Shown here piece by piece: positions 51,451-64,000 of a stretch of DNA of 64,000 bases. The stretch spans positions 32,986,001 to 33,050,000 of the forward strand of contig NC_087437.1 of NCBI RefSeq assembly GCF_036321535.1. Direction: 5' to 3'. The notes below the pieces were generated by a model. The model saw only the letters and a list, made by a program, of their open reading frames with translations. It had not been told where the DNA came from and did no database searches. The first letter of the stretch is position 1; each line of letters opens with the position of its first letter. The position numbers and the translations under genes were made by a program. Origin of the DNA: Camelus dromedarius (taxonomy: Eukaryota).

Positions 51451-52503
51451 ATCAGCTTGTCATAGCAGAAAATATCCTCTAGAAATATCGAAAATCCTAA
51501 AGAAACCTAGCTACATAATACATCTACCCATTCAAATTTTTGTTCATTAGAAAAACAATTCCATCGAATACTGCTGGGTGACATACTCCCTTTCCTAACT
51601 CTCCAAAAAACTCCACAAGCAACCCTTCTCATGAAGTTATATTAAGCAGTAACATCAATAGCTTTATGTGCAAACATTTCAGACATGGAGTGAGCAAATG
51701 GCATTTTGACCCTGAGAATTCCTAATCACCGGTGCTCCGCAGCTTTCTAATCCAGGCCAGTGCTAGTCAGTTAAGAGTGGTTCTCTGAGCCTGAATGTAT
51801 CCCACTTAGAGAGGTCTGGCATGAATGTTCCAGCTTGACTGTGTTGAAATGGTATGTCTTGGGGTGAGGGCTCAGGGGAAAGGAGTCACCAAATCGTCAA
51901 GGTAATTCTTGTGCCTAATCACCTCGTTTTCCATTTAAGTAGTTTCCATGTCTACTTAACTTTTTCTTCTTTAAAGGAAAAGAACTTTTCATTCATCTGA
52001 TATTTTAGCACATGGAAAATGCTCTACATTTACCAACCAACCTTTGCCCGATGATTTCTGTCTCCACCAGCAGGGTCTTTCTGTCCACAAATATTTTAGT
52101 TTTCTAAAAATTGAATTAACCAGGTGTGTGATGTCATATGAGTGAAGCAATAAATTTGAATTTTTTCAGCCTACTCTTGCTCCTAAAAATTTTAGCCAAG
52201 CAAAACTATCTAAGGTAAATGAGATGCACAGTCTGGCTCTCTCTGTCTTAGGGAAAAAGTTTGAAAAGGAGGCTGCCAATGTGTCATCTCTTCCCCAGCC
52301 AATCGATCAAGGTCATAGATCAGCTAGAAATTAGGGTCAGAAGTCCCAGCTAGTCATAGAGGTGCACATGCCTGGAGTGTGCCCTTGCTTCTATTTCTGG
52401 GAACCAAGTGAGCCAGCAGGAAGGGGTGGGGAGATAGATGAGAACCTTAACTCCAGCATGTGAGCCACAAGTAACAATATGTAGTAGAGTAATTGTTACC
52501 TAC

Positions 52504-53000
52504 TGTGATGGCTTTAAAACATGTCTGCAGATTCTCTGACACTTCTCCCACTGAGAGGTGGGGGTCTATATCCCCTTTCTTGAATCTGGGTCGATCGTAG
52601 TGACTTGCTTTTAACCAACAGAATGCATCAGAAATGACACAGTGTAACTTCCAAGACTAGTTCAGGAAAGGCTTATGCCTAATTCTCTTGGGATCTTCAG
52701 CCGGGAGCCCTGAGCTGCCCTACAAGATGACCAGTTGCTCAAGGGCTGCCATGTTGTGGGAAAACCTAGGCTATTTGGAGAGTCCAGATGTTGGTGTCCT
52801 GGCTGACAGTTCCAACTGAGGTTCTGGCCAAAAACCTGCATGTGAGTGCATACTCCTCCAGCCATAAGTCCCCCTAGCTGAAGCCCTATGGATAATCCAT
52901 CTTCATTTCCCAGTCTAAATTCCTTACCCACAGAATCTATAGCATAATAAAATGGCTCTTTCATACCACAAAGTTTTGTGGTGGCTTGTTACACAGCACA
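52504..53000 (+). mobile_element. MaLR solo LTR (MLT1G/H-like)
   Basis: Reads TGTGATGG..GACACTTCTCCCACTGAGAGGTGGGGGTCTAT..CCAACAGAATG..AAATTCCTTACCCACAGAATC..AAGTTTTGTGGTGGCTTGTTACACAGCA. Confidence 0.75.
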
Positions 53001-53491
53001 AGTGGCCAGACACCAATCCTACCAAGTCACTGAAGGTCTGGTTGAGCCAATACTGATGAACACTGATGTTTATGTGGAGGTCTGCTGAAAGCTGGGCGAT
53101 CGCCCCTGTTAGCAGAGAGGCTGCCTGGCATGGTGCCATGAGGATGAGCTTGAGAGTTAAACCTCCACCCTGCCTCCTGAGCCTCTGATCCATAATCTAG
53201 TAAACAGGAGAAGTAACTTCTACCTTGCAGAGTTTCTATGTGAATTAGAGTTGATGTGTATACCGCACTCAGCACAGTGCCTAGCAAAGAATCGGAATCA
53301 ATTCAGCAAATAGTTAAAAATAACAGTGCTACAATTTTCTGATTTTATATTCCCTGTCATTTCACTTAGATTGAAGCTTTATTCTCTTGTGAGTGATCTT
53401 ATTTTATAAAGCCAACTCACCATATACAGCTAAGTTGGATAGACAAATCTATTACAGTATTTGCATTAAATGATAAATATAATTAGAAAAT

Positions 53492-53615
53492 GATTGAGAT
53501 TTGGGATTAGCAAATACAAACTACTATGTACAGAACAGACAAACAACAAGGTCCTGTATAGCACAGGGAACTATAGTCAATGGCAATATAGTAACCTATA
53601 ATGAAAAGGAATGTG

Positions 53616-53617
<2 letters not shown>
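53492..53617 (+). mobile_element. L1 3' UTR fragment ending in a (TA)n array
   Basis: Contains GAGATTTGGGATTAGCAAATACAAACTAC...ACAACAAGGTCCTGTATAGCACAGGGAACTATA. Confidence 0.75.

Positions 53618-53681
<64 letters not shown>
53618..53681. repeat. (TA)32 microsatellite
   Basis: Uninterrupted 64-nt TA run, read directly. Confidence 0.95.
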
Positions 53682-53686
<5 letters not shown>

Positions 53687-54580
53687 AAAAGTGAGAGTGC
53701 CATGTAAAAACAAATACTGGGTTATTTAGCACCTTTAGCTAGAAATCAGCATGTCCTAACAAAGCTGACTGCCTTGAATAAGACTGAATGAGCCATAATC
53801 ATCAAAATGACTGAGAATTAAGAAACAAAATTAATTCCCAAAGGTAATCACTATAGATCTCATTAGTTCAGGAACAACCTACCTTAGGACTTTAATTAAA
53901 AATAATATTTATTCCAGAGAAATGAGCGCTGGCAGGTTTCTGCAGAATCCATAATCTTGGTTATGCTAAATCTTCTTATATTCAGGCAGACATCATTAAT
54001 CTCATTTGAGACGCCCTCCAGTCTGACAGCCCTTACAGCACTGGGGCTCTTTCTTGAAGCAGCCTTTTTATCTTCACAAAAGAGTTATAACTCATGCAGA
54101 TACCTAATGTAAAAAGGTCTAGGCAATTAGAGACATCACTCTGAGATCTATACTGGCATATTATGTTAGAAAACTTCTCATAATGAGTTTGTTCTCAACT
54201 GGAGGCCAGTATCTCAACACTATTATCAAATTAATGGGGGTTATTTTATTATTTTATGTATTTATTCCTACCATTCTTTGTTCCAGAGAAGCATCGGGTA
54301 TTTTATAATAATTCATAGGCTATGATCAGAGAAAAGAGAAATTATAACAAGTCAATGAAGAAAATAGAGCCAAGGAAAGAATGAGAGTAGAGAAGGCAAG
54401 AAGTTAGAAGGAATGAGGTTAGTACCCCAAACGCATGTTGTAAAGTTCTGTCAACTTATCCACTCTCAAGCTTGCCAGCTGATTGTTGGCTTATATTCCA
54501 AGTCTTGTACAGTGATTGATTCTAAGAATTTTGTTCTCTTCCTACTCTGATTATTTTTGTACCAGTTACTAGTAGATGCA

Positions 54581-54729
54581 TGCACTGGGGTGAATAGTGT
54601 TCCCCACTACCGCCAAATTCTTGTCCAGCTGGAACCTGTGAATGTGACCTTATTTGGAAATAGGGTCCTTGCAGAAGTGATCAGTTAAAATGTGGCACTC
54701 TGTTATGACAGCTCTAAGAAACTAATACA
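54581..54729 (+). mobile_element. Internally deleted MLT1 LTR
   Basis: The LTR 5' part (GAATGTGACCTTATTTGGAAATAGGGTC) joins directly to the LTR 3' end (TGTTATGACAGCTCTAAGAAACTAATACA). Confidence 0.7.
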
Positions 54730-55829
54730 ACCCTTAAAACATTTTTCTTCCTAAGAACCTAGAGTATATGTCCAGTTTGAATATAAGGATTTGAAGGGGG
54801 AAAAAAGGAAGAAAAGAAATTCCGAAAGTGCTGTCTGGTAAGCTTTCTGTTTAAAACTGATGGCTCTCCTATACATGGTGGCCGGAGACAAAACAAGTAG
54901 CAAGTAAACAAGTGACACATATTAAGAGGGAAAAAAATCTTGGGAGCATCCAATCACATTTAGTTTAACAGATTATTTTTATATCGATAAATTGGCTTTT
55001 GATATTTTATTGCATATATTATGAGAGTGCAATTTTTCTAAAGCTGTACCAGGAGGACAGTCTTCAGTAAGACCACTGTCCCATTCTGTAGCACCTGAGA
55101 GACTGCCGTCTCCTTTCCCTCCCATTGAGGAAGGGGCTTACCTAGAGCTGGACTTACAGCCACCAACACTTCATCTAGGAAAATTGGAACACAAGCATTT
55201 TAGAGCACAGGCAAGATGATTTCAGACCTACTTTAAGACAAGAGAATTGGAAAGGTAATATAATACCCCAAACGGATAAACTTGTGCCAAACTTTTGCAA
55301 ACCAGATGAAAGTACTGGCTTGTAATCTAAATACCCTGCAGAAATGAAACTCCTCCCTCGTGGTCCCAATATTTTAAGATATGAACAGCCAGTGATGTGG
55401 TGGTGACTGGTATCCACTCACAAAGCCTTTGGCTGGGAGTCAAGGCACTTAGCTCTCACGACACCAGCTTCTCCATCAGTGCGGTTTCGAGCTACATTCA
55501 GAAGCCAGTTCACTGGGCTGAAGTATCCTCACTTGGCAGGAAGACTCACACTCACAGTAACTAGATCACAGACTCAGCCCACAGGCTTGTTTTGGTTGCT
55601 CTGCTCGGGTATTTTGTTTTTATAATTTCTAACTTTAAAAAATTGGGAGATTTCATGTGAAATTCCTTATTACTAGCGGGCATGAATTTCTGCAGGGTGA
55701 TCATCTACAGCTGAATAGAAGTTCCCCTGTTTGCTGGAGGTAAGCCCCCTCCAGTGTGTGCCGTACTGTGCACGCCCCTCCAGGAGCCCGTGGCCTATAG
55801 CACAGAGATGAGCGCAATCTCCCAGGCAG

Positions 55830-56040
55830 AATCTCAGGGTTCCACTCCCGGATGTGTGACCTTGAGCAAGTGGTTTTTCTTCCTCTGACCCTCAACTTCC
55901 TTTCATGTAAAACGGGCATAATAATAGTGTCTATCTCGTGAGACTGTCTGAGGGATTAAGAGTTACAACATGCAAAGCACTTAGCGTGGTACCTGGCACA
56001 CATGGAAACTCACTAAGTGTTTGTTGTTATTTTATTATTA
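55830..56040 (+). mobile_element. MIR SINE
   Basis: Contains TGTGTGACCTTGAGCAAGT..TGTAAAACGGGCATAATAATAGT..GAGGGATTAA..AAAGCACTTAGCGTGGTACCTGGCACA. Confidence 0.8.
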
Positions 56041-57972
56041 ATTCTTATTCTCATTATCATCTTACCTATCCCATTCCTATCACTTTTATTACTTACCTGG
56101 CTTCTATTGGTGTTTGTGTTTTGACTCCAGCTCCAGGTAAAGCCCGACCCTCAGTTGGAGGTAAGGGAGACAGCTAGTCTCCTATGCGCTAGACAGCTGG
56201 GAGGCAGGACTTACACCCAGTGCATCAATCAAGAGCCGAAATTTCACTGTCAAACAACCTGGCTTCCAGTCCCAACCTTACTACTTCCTAGCAGTATGTC
56301 CTTACACAAACTACTTAACTCTCTAAAGCCTGTGTTTATTCACTTCTATAAAATAGTAATGGATCTGTTGTGAATTAATGTGCCTAGCATATGGTTGATT
56401 TTAGCTTTTATCATTAAGAACACCACAGCATTCTCCTGCCCCCTAGCAATCCCAGGGCTGGCCCACCTCAGTTTCTCACAACAGGCTATAAGTGCCACTC
56501 AGTCATTTTAGCCCTGCTGGATGCTGCATCCCAAGGGGGCTTCTAGGTCTGAGAGATAATATGAATTAGGAATAAACCAGGTATATCTTGGAGTCACGTA
56601 CTATTGCTACCTGTCACCCCTTTATCTTGTTATCCCAAAATATATACCGCAGGTATCAGTAAAACTTGCATGCCTTGAAATTAAAAGCAACTTTTCTAAG
56701 AGGGAAGCAAATTTTTTTTTCCCCTACCACTTCAAACAGTAAAAGCATCTAAGCATATGACAAGGTTGAAGGCATTCAAGTTCTTAAAGTTTTCCTAAAT
56801 AATTCCCTCAAGCCCTGGACAGCCTTCTCATATGATTGCCTTCTCAGTGGGACATCTACCCACAGCTTGAATTCTCTCCAAATCTTATCAAAGGTTTAAA
56901 AATAACTTTAAAAATTATGCTTTAGACAGTCACATTAAACAGTTCCTGAGAACAGATGACCACAACGGTATTTCTTATAGAATGCCATCTATTATTCAGC
57001 TTGTTTTAGGCTCTGTGATTCTAAGTTTTCTTTTTTTTTTTCTTAAAAAACAACAAAGTGTCTCTTCTATACTAGACACAAAAGAAATACAGACAACTGT
57101 AAACATCAAAGAGTTGACTCAATAGAAAAGTCCTCCTTATGAAATTATTGTCTGTAGAAAGAAGCTTTCTGAATTTCAGTGACAGTAAAGATTAAAACAC
57201 AGCTGAATGTTAAATTGATTTTAAAAATTAGTCAAGTTGTGTACAAGAATAGTCATAGCAGCTTTAGTCTTAAAAGCCAAAAAGAAAAATAAAGGAACAA
57301 TATAACTCTATCAACAGTAGTTGGGTAAATTACTTGTGGTAAATTCATACAATAAACTACTACACAGCAATGAAAAAAATAAACTACTGCTACACACAAT
57401 CATATGAGTAAAATTTACAGACATAATGTTAAGCAAAAGAAGCAAATCTCAGGATACTAGTTACCTTTGAGAGAGATGGTTTAGGAGGGAACATGAGAGA
57501 ATTTTCTGGGGTATTTGAAATGTTTTATACCCTCAGCTGAGTGGTCTTTACATAGGTTTACTCATTATGTAAAATTTTATCAAGCTGTACATTTAAGACT
57601 GGTGGATTTTACTATATTCAAATTTTGTCCCTCAATTAAAAAGTAAATTTAAAAACTAAGTCAGTCTTTGAATGTGGATTTTCATTATCTACATAACATG
57701 GCTCCATTATGGGCTCTATGGAAAGTCTGAGTTTTATTAAAAAATGAATAACATTTGTATTTTACATTGTCATTCAGGTTCTTTGTTTTTGGAGTAATAG
57801 TCCTTGTTTTATTCACTGAATGACATTTTTGTTTTTGTTTTCAGGAAAATTCAGAAACCTTTTCATGTACATAAACCAAAACAACCTATGTCAAAGTTTG
57901 GACAGTCCTGGCAGCTTCACACGTATTTCATCTCACACCATCAAGTTCTCTTTCATTATGAGAACAGCCTGT

Positions 57973-58160
57973 GGGGGGCAGGGTATAGCTCAAGTGGTAG
58001 AGCCCATGCCTAGCATGCACAAGGTCCTGGGTTCAATCCCTAGTTACTTTCTCAAAAAATAAATCTAATCACCTGTGCCCCACCACCTCCTAAAAATTTT
58101 TTTAAAAAGAGAGATTCTGTTTAAAAACAAACAAACAAAAAAGATAGTAAAAAAAAAAAA
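57973..58160 (+). mobile_element. tRNA-derived SINE (Vic-1-like)
   Basis: GGGTATAGCTCAAGTGGTAGAGCCCATGCCTAGCATGCACAAGGTCCTGGGTTCAATCCC followed by an A-rich tail. Confidence 0.85.
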
Positions 58161-60129
58161 ACAAACCCTGCCTATGGATGTAGTAGGAAGAAAGAATTTA
58201 ATAACGAAATTTTTCCTCTGTGAACTCAAATTGGCTTTGAAGTTTTACTTCGCTGAAGGAAAACTTGCTTTACAGAGTATGTTTCTCAAAAGGAGAAGAA
58301 TGCTAACTGTCATTTAGGATGGATGAGACCATTCTTCATTGTGGGAGGCTGTGTCACACCTTGTGAGATGCTTAGTGTCCTGGCTGCACCCAGGGAGGGG
58401 AATAAAGATGCCTTCAGAGTTGCAGCATGGTCGGCAACCAACTGCACCTTGCCATTGTCTCCCTGGGAGAGAAGGAAGGGTCACTCCCAATGGAATGGGA
58501 GAACAAAATATAAATTAAGTTCAACTACAGGGAAATCAAGTTACATTCCTTGCTCATGAGTTTGTGGATGAGCTGGGTACGCATTAACTTCTGACTAGTG
58601 AAAAGAATTCAGGCTTGGGAATGGGGCTGCCATGACCAAGTGTGCGACACCTAAGGGGGCACTAGTCATATCATATACATTGTAGATTTGTAAATTGATT
58701 AAACAATTGTCCCATTAATAGAAGTATCTTGTGAGAGAGGTACCTGTTCCTAATTTGAACAATGATGTCGTCCAGACCAGAGGCGACCGTGACAGGGAGT
58801 ATGAGAACCTTGGACTTATGCTTTTATTATGTAAGTCACTTATCAGTATGCACGATTGCCCCATTTTTCGTAAAGCTATAATGCAAGCCTGTAAGGGGGT
58901 TGGTAAGACAGCTAGTTGACAAGAGAATAACACTAAAAAGAATGAATCAAACCTTTTATAAAAATTGGATTTGTGATACAACTTTACATTTTTAAAAATT
59001 TGAAAAAAAGAGGTATGGGGTTAGGAGAGACATCCCCAAATGATGTCAGTTCATGAGCATTTAGTGCCTCAGTAATATTTTCACTGTGCCCCCGGGTCTG
59101 AAGAAATACTGAATAGTTAGTTCTGTTTATTACATAGTGAGTCCAAAAACTTAAGTATGCGTGCCCTAAAAACTCAGTAGCCTTTTTAAAAAAAATTACA
59201 TACATCAAAAGAAAAGAATTTTAGATCATTCTTAAATAATCACACTGACAGGTGTGTCTGGTCTAGCATGGCTCAACTTCTCAAACTTTGGGAACAGATT
59301 GAACTCTCTGCCACCATCCTTTCCTGTTCCACGATGATTTTCACAAGGTACTTCCTTGTCATCATGGTAACTTCTAAAAACCTACCTTTCCGAAGCTATG
59401 ATACCACCTAAAGGAATGTAGTGCAATATTGAAATATGTGACCCATCTCAAGCTAGTAGTTTCACAATGTCTCATAGATGTTAAGTTTCTGTTTCCCTCA
59501 AAATTTTTAAATGTTCCATGTGCCCCCTGTGAGTTTGCTGTGACTTTACTCCTGCAGCATCTCTGTGCACAATTTAAACAAAGGGATTAGGACAATGAAA
59601 CCCTAGACACATCGAAATTAACTGCAGTGAAGATGTGTGTAATGGCCTAACACCCATGGTAAATCTGAAAGTCCAGCACTCACGAGCCTGTATATTTCTT
59701 CTTGGGAACTTGAGATAATGTCTTCAGAAGCATTTTGAAAATTCTGAAGTGCTAAAACAATAATAATTGCAGAATTAGCTGGTAAAAGCACTATCTGCTA
59801 GAGTGTAAACTCTAAGAGACCAGGGAATTTTGTAGCTTTGATGCCTAGAATAGTGCCTGGGATACAGTTGGTTTTTAATAAATAGTTGATGAATTAATGG
59901 ATGAAAGAAAAGAAGACACTGATATTTCAAAGTCTTGGTGTTTTTAATAGGGTTATAGGGTTGTAGGATTAGCTTGGGTCTCATGTTTTTCTCTGTATTC
60001 TCTCAACTCAGTCAGTGACCTTCCCAGTGAAACCTAAGTTGTAGTGTGGTTAGAGATATGTACGTAAAAGTGCTTCGTATATAGAGGTACTCAGTAAGTG
60101 ATTAATTTTTTACAGGGAGTTTAAGTAGG

Positions 60130-61145
60130 GTAGTGGCCAGAATGTAAGCTTTGGAGTTGGACTAATTTGGATTTGAGTTGACTAGACAATTATCAAATTT
60201 CCCTGGGTCTCAGTTTTTCCGCATGTAATATCGAGATAAGCATCTTAGCCTATAGGGTTGTTGTAAGGATTAAATGAGAAAATGTATGTAAAGCACTTAA
60301 TGCAATGCCTGGGACAGAAAAGTATAGACAGGAATTATTATCCTAATAGGTAATTTTCACTTTACTTGGCTCATCTCATTCCTCTGAAGGTAAGTTCCAG
60401 GACTTATGAATAGTACATCATACACACCAGGCACATGCTGCCTCAGGACCGTTGTAGTGGCCTGGAATGCTCTTCTAATAGATGTCCACTTCCTTCCAGT
60501 GAGTCTGCTCAAATTTATCTTCTCAATGAGGTCTACAGAGACCTCCCTATGTATAATTGCACACCTCCATTCCCCTTACCATTTTTTTCTCCTGACACCT
60601 ATCACCTTTTAACATACTACTTTCTCATCATTTATTTTTGTTATGTTCTCACAAGAATATAAACCCCAGGAGGACTGGGATTTTCATCACTTTGGTTCAC
60701 CAACACCTCAATGTTTAGATCAGTGCCTGACAGAGTGTAGGCACTCAATAACTATCTGTAAAATTGAATTGAATTGAATTGATTTGAATATATTCCCAAT
60801 GAATTTTCTATTTTTTAGTTTGGGTCCATTATTTAGTTTGTCAGCATGATTTTGAAAAATATTAACCTGCCTTCATCTTGCATCTTTAAGTGTGGCCCAT
60901 CATCCACATTCCATGCAGCTAGCCCTCCCCAGGGAAAACTCCAGGTACCCCGCCCAGTTCAATTACTGGGTGTGTGAACCTTGGCAATTTTCTTAGCCTC
61001 TCTGTGTCTTGGTTGCATTACCTACAGACACAGAGATAAAAAACATTGCTACTCTATAAAAATCCAATGAAGATTCAATTATTTAATGCACATGAAGTAC
61101 CTACAACAGTGCCTGGCACACACTCAATAAATATGAGCTATTGTG
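60130..61145 (+). mobile_element. Cluster of MIR (about 60130-60340 and 60960-61145) and L2 3' end (about 60400-60785) remnants
   Basis: MIR cores (CTCAGTTTTTCCGCATGTAA, GTTGTAAGGATTAAATGAG) and an L2 tail (CAGTGCCTGACAGAGTGTAGGCACTCAATAA...TGAATTGAATTGA). Confidence 0.7.
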
Positions 61146-62170
61146 ATTCTTTTAACAGCCAAGCCCAGGACTCTCTCTCCTTGGGCCTGATCTGCAACTC
61201 TCTTCTCCCCTGCTCTGGTATTCATCCTCTCCAGACCCACCTCTTCTTTCATCTCCTACCTCTTACCCACCCAATCTGAACTTAGGAGGTCTCTTTAGTT
61301 TCAACTCTCCTTTATCCTCTGCTAACTTTTTTTTTTTCCCTTAAGCATTTGCCATTAGCCCCAAACTGCTTTTAAAAGCTTTAGGAAATTCCCTGACTAA
61401 CCTGTGCCTAGACTAAAGCTTTCATGTTTTAACAATGTGATTCTAAAATCCCCATGGGAACAAGAGGAAAAAACTTTTCACAAATTGCTTTATTGACCTT
61501 AATCCAGGACTATTTTAATACTGTCATTTTTTTTTACCAATAACTTCCCCATTCCATTTAATTTTTTTAAAGGGTGGCCTACTTAACATCTTGGGCTGTA
61601 TTATTTTAAAGAGAAAATAATTTCAGTTCTTCTAAAACATTTTTATTGAAACTAACTAAGAAGAACCCTAATATGTATATGCTCTCTGAATTTCATTCTG
61701 AGGCCATAGAGGAAAATATCCTCTTCCCTGGAAGGACTGCGCTACCTTAACTTGGGCTGTGAAGTCGGCCCTACCTCATGCCACCAATCTCAGGAAAGGG
61801 GGGCTGCCAGAGAACTTGGCTAAAGGTGGGGAGGTAAAAGGTCCAAAGGATTAAATTTCCGGCTCCCAAAATAACCCCTGAGTACTCCTGCCGCCTCCGT
61901 ATCAGGCCCTGCAGGCTTCTTCGTGCTGGCTGGGTGCCACCTCCCTGGCCCAATCCCAGGAGGCCCTGTGCAGCCATAGATGACCCTCTATCCCCACAGG
62001 ACAGCCCTCTAGAGAGGCTGGGGATCCCACTGAATTAAGGATGGACATGCAAGGTGCATTTTCTCTCTTCTTAGACTCATCATTCGTCTCTTTATTTTAT
62101 GTTCCTTCTTTTTTTTTTTTTTTTTCTTTCTCTCCTCCACTTGTCTCTAGTCTCCTGGAAAGCCTTGGAA

Positions 62171-62625
62171 CAGTGTTTTTCCAAAGCTCAGTAATGTGAG
62201 AACTACTGTCACGATATCCTCTCACCTGCCCCCAACATGTCCAAATCCCAACTATACTAGTTTCCTTAGATTAACTCATTTTTTCACTTAAATTTTTAAA
62301 GACTAGCTATTGATATATAGCACCACTTTAAATGTAAAACCAGTTTCACTTGCCATAAATAGAAGGCTCACATATAAATGCAATTAATACAAAAATATAT
62401 AGTAGTGGAATTTTAGTTGGCTATGGTTGCTTGTTGCAGGCCTTGTACTTGAGTCCTACTCTTTAAGTAACGCTGGAGAAGTGTTAAAGACATACCAGCA
62501 TCATAGTGAGGCTTGCTCCTTAAATAGGGACTGGGATGAAGACAGAAAAGAGCAACATTCTCATCTGATTTTCAAATTACCATGCCTACCTAAAACTTTA
62601 GCATTTCCCACTTTGGGAAACAGTG
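62171..62625. mobile_element. hAT-Charlie-type non-autonomous DNA transposon
   Basis: Terminal inverted repeats CAGTGTTTTTCCAAAG ... CTTTGGGAAACAGTG. No clear TSD. Confidence 0.5.
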
Positions 62626-62989
62626 CATTCAGTTTAGGCTCACAAAAGTCCTAAGTTTTGTTGAAATCTGATAGGCCTCATCCCATTTCCCTCAAGTACT
62701 GAGTACACTATTTACTAACTTCACTCAGAAAATTTTTGCACATTTTTTTTTGTTATTTGTTCACATAATTTGTTCACAGCTTCTGACCAGCCACCACAGA
62801 GTGTTTCGGATATAGAACTTTGGTGTGGATCACAAAATGTGGCCGGTGGAATGGGTCTTTGGATGTCATTTAGCCCAAATCTTGATCCATCTCCATCTTC
62901 CCGAAGAGACTTGGGATTCGAAGCCCAGGGCGATTTGCCCAAGGTCACATAGAGGGTAGACTAATTTTTGTGTTCCTGCAGCCCAGAGA

Positions 62990-63780
62990 ACAGGCTATCT
63001 CGTCCTGCAGGAGACTTCACGGTGGTTTGCCTGGCTGGAGCGAGGCCAAACTTTAAGCCTCCACTGTGTTGATCGCGGTTGCCACGGCAGCGGCACATTG
63101 TTCCCCGCCTCATCTTGGTGACGTTACGGGACCAGCGCCCAATGGGAAAGCCGCTCTCCGCCAGGCACCGCCTTTCCCAGCCGGCTCGGCCGTCGCGGCC
63201 GGGAGGGAAGCGTTGACAGTGCTGCGGAGGCTGGCTGGGGTCGCGGCCGCGGCAAGTGACATCGTTTTCCAATCTGTCCGCGTCCGCAGCCGCCCGACAC
63301 GGAGCCAGGATGTTCGGGATGCTGAGCAGCAGCTTTGAGGATGATCCCTTCTTCTCGTGAGTGTCGGGGCCCGGGACCCCGCGGCCGCGAGGGAATTCAG
63401 GGATCTTGAGCGGAGCTGTTAAGGGAAAAGAGCGAGTTAAAACTCGACAGACGGCGAGACGGAATTCGGGTGACTACCGGAGGCAGCTTGAGGGAGAGGA
63501 AGACATGGGGACGTGAGAGGGAAGGGAGAAGAGGGTTTAGTGGGATGTCAGGGCGAGGAGAGGAGAGAAGGATTCGGGGGCGTGAGGTGGGGGTGGGGGG
63601 CAGTCGAGCAGGCCCCCCTCCCCAACAAACCCGGGTGTGGGCTGCTCTCAACCTGACGCGACTTCAGGTACTGCGCACCCCCCACCCCCACGCTTCCTGC
63701 GTTCGGGAGTCCAGTCTTCACAGCTGCAAAGGCGTTGCTTGTGACGAAACTGCCCTCTCGGTGGACCGTCTGGTGAGGAT
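62990..63780. promoter_or_regulatory. MLF1: CpG island and promoter of MLF1
   Basis: GC and CpG content rise sharply against the rest of the window, including a GCGGCCGC site. Motifs: X-box-like GTTGCCACGGCAGC at 63078-63091, CRE-like TGACGTTA at 63119-63126, CCAAT at 63139-63143. No obvious TATA box. Confidence 0.88.
63310..63356 (+). CDS. MLF1: MLF1 (myeloid leukemia factor 1) first coding exon, 47 nt of CDS
   Basis: gccaggATG TTC GGG ATG CTG AGC AGC AGC TTT GAG GAT GAT CCC TTC TTC TC|gtgagt translates to MFGMLSSSFEDDPFF(S). Human MLF1 begins MFRMLNSSFEDDPFFS, and the RSRC1-MLF1 tandem order matches human 3q25. Confidence 0.95.
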
Positions 63781-64000
63781 TATGCTCACAGGACCCACGC
63801 TTGTTTCAATTTCAAATGAGGGGTAGGGAATACTTAATAGAGGACAAGTCTTCGAAAAGGGAAGCGTTTTAAAAACAGTATTGTCCATTATACTTGTTTA
63901 TAAGAATATTAAGTTAGAGTTGTGCTGTCTCTCCCCTCGAAGTGGTTGGAAGTTGCCAGGTACACTGTTTTGTTTGCTTACTTTGTTACAAAGGTAGCCT

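Noticed and set aside
53501..53713. ORFs with YIYIYI repeats
   Set aside because: They are translations of the (TA)n microsatellite.
57973..58045. tRNA-like sequence with A and B boxes (also at about 7830-7900, 8200-8270 and 47800-47870)
   Set aside because: There are four diverged copies with A-rich tails, at least one with a clear TSD, so they are tRNA-derived SINEs and not tRNA genes.
62961..63826. Several 84-118 aa ORFs on both strands around the MLF1 promoter
   Set aside because: Stop-poor GC-rich sequence produces such ORFs, some begin at non-ATG codons, and none resembles a protein I recognise.
1..64000. CRISPR arrays, operons, phage or defence systems
   Set aside because: The window is spliced mammalian gene and repeat sequence, with no regularly spaced repeat-spacer array and no long intronless ORFs.

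Overview
This is AT-rich, CpG-depleted mammalian genomic DNA. It is most likely camelid, because it carries several Vic-1-like tRNA-derived SINEs and artiodactyl-type L1 3' ends. The window starts inside a long intron of RSRC1 (SRrp53, + strand) and contains its last three coding exons (32795-32901, 42397-42549, 43195-43287), which splice in frame through GT-AG sites, plus the 3' UTR and poly(A) signals. About 19 kb of repeat-rich intergenic DNA follows, then the CpG-island promoter and first coding exon of MLF1 (ATG at 63310, donor at 63357). Almost all ORF-track entries are L1 remnants or chance ORFs. I found no prokaryote-style system and no new protein-coding gene. The best leads are: (1) a repeat-free, Pbx-Hox/Meis motif-rich intronic block at about 24.1-24.5 kb, possibly an ultraconserved element, containing a possible frame-preserving 27-nt microexon; (2) a tandem acceptor 4 nt downstream of the penultimate RSRC1 exon start that would trigger NMD; (3) divergently oriented CTCF motifs; (4) a perfect 24-bp palindrome; (5) three AATAAA signals spaced exactly 32 nt apart; (6) a let-7-like 22-mer; (7) nested transposon insertions with readable TSDs. 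Gene and repeat names come from recall of the families, not from database searches.
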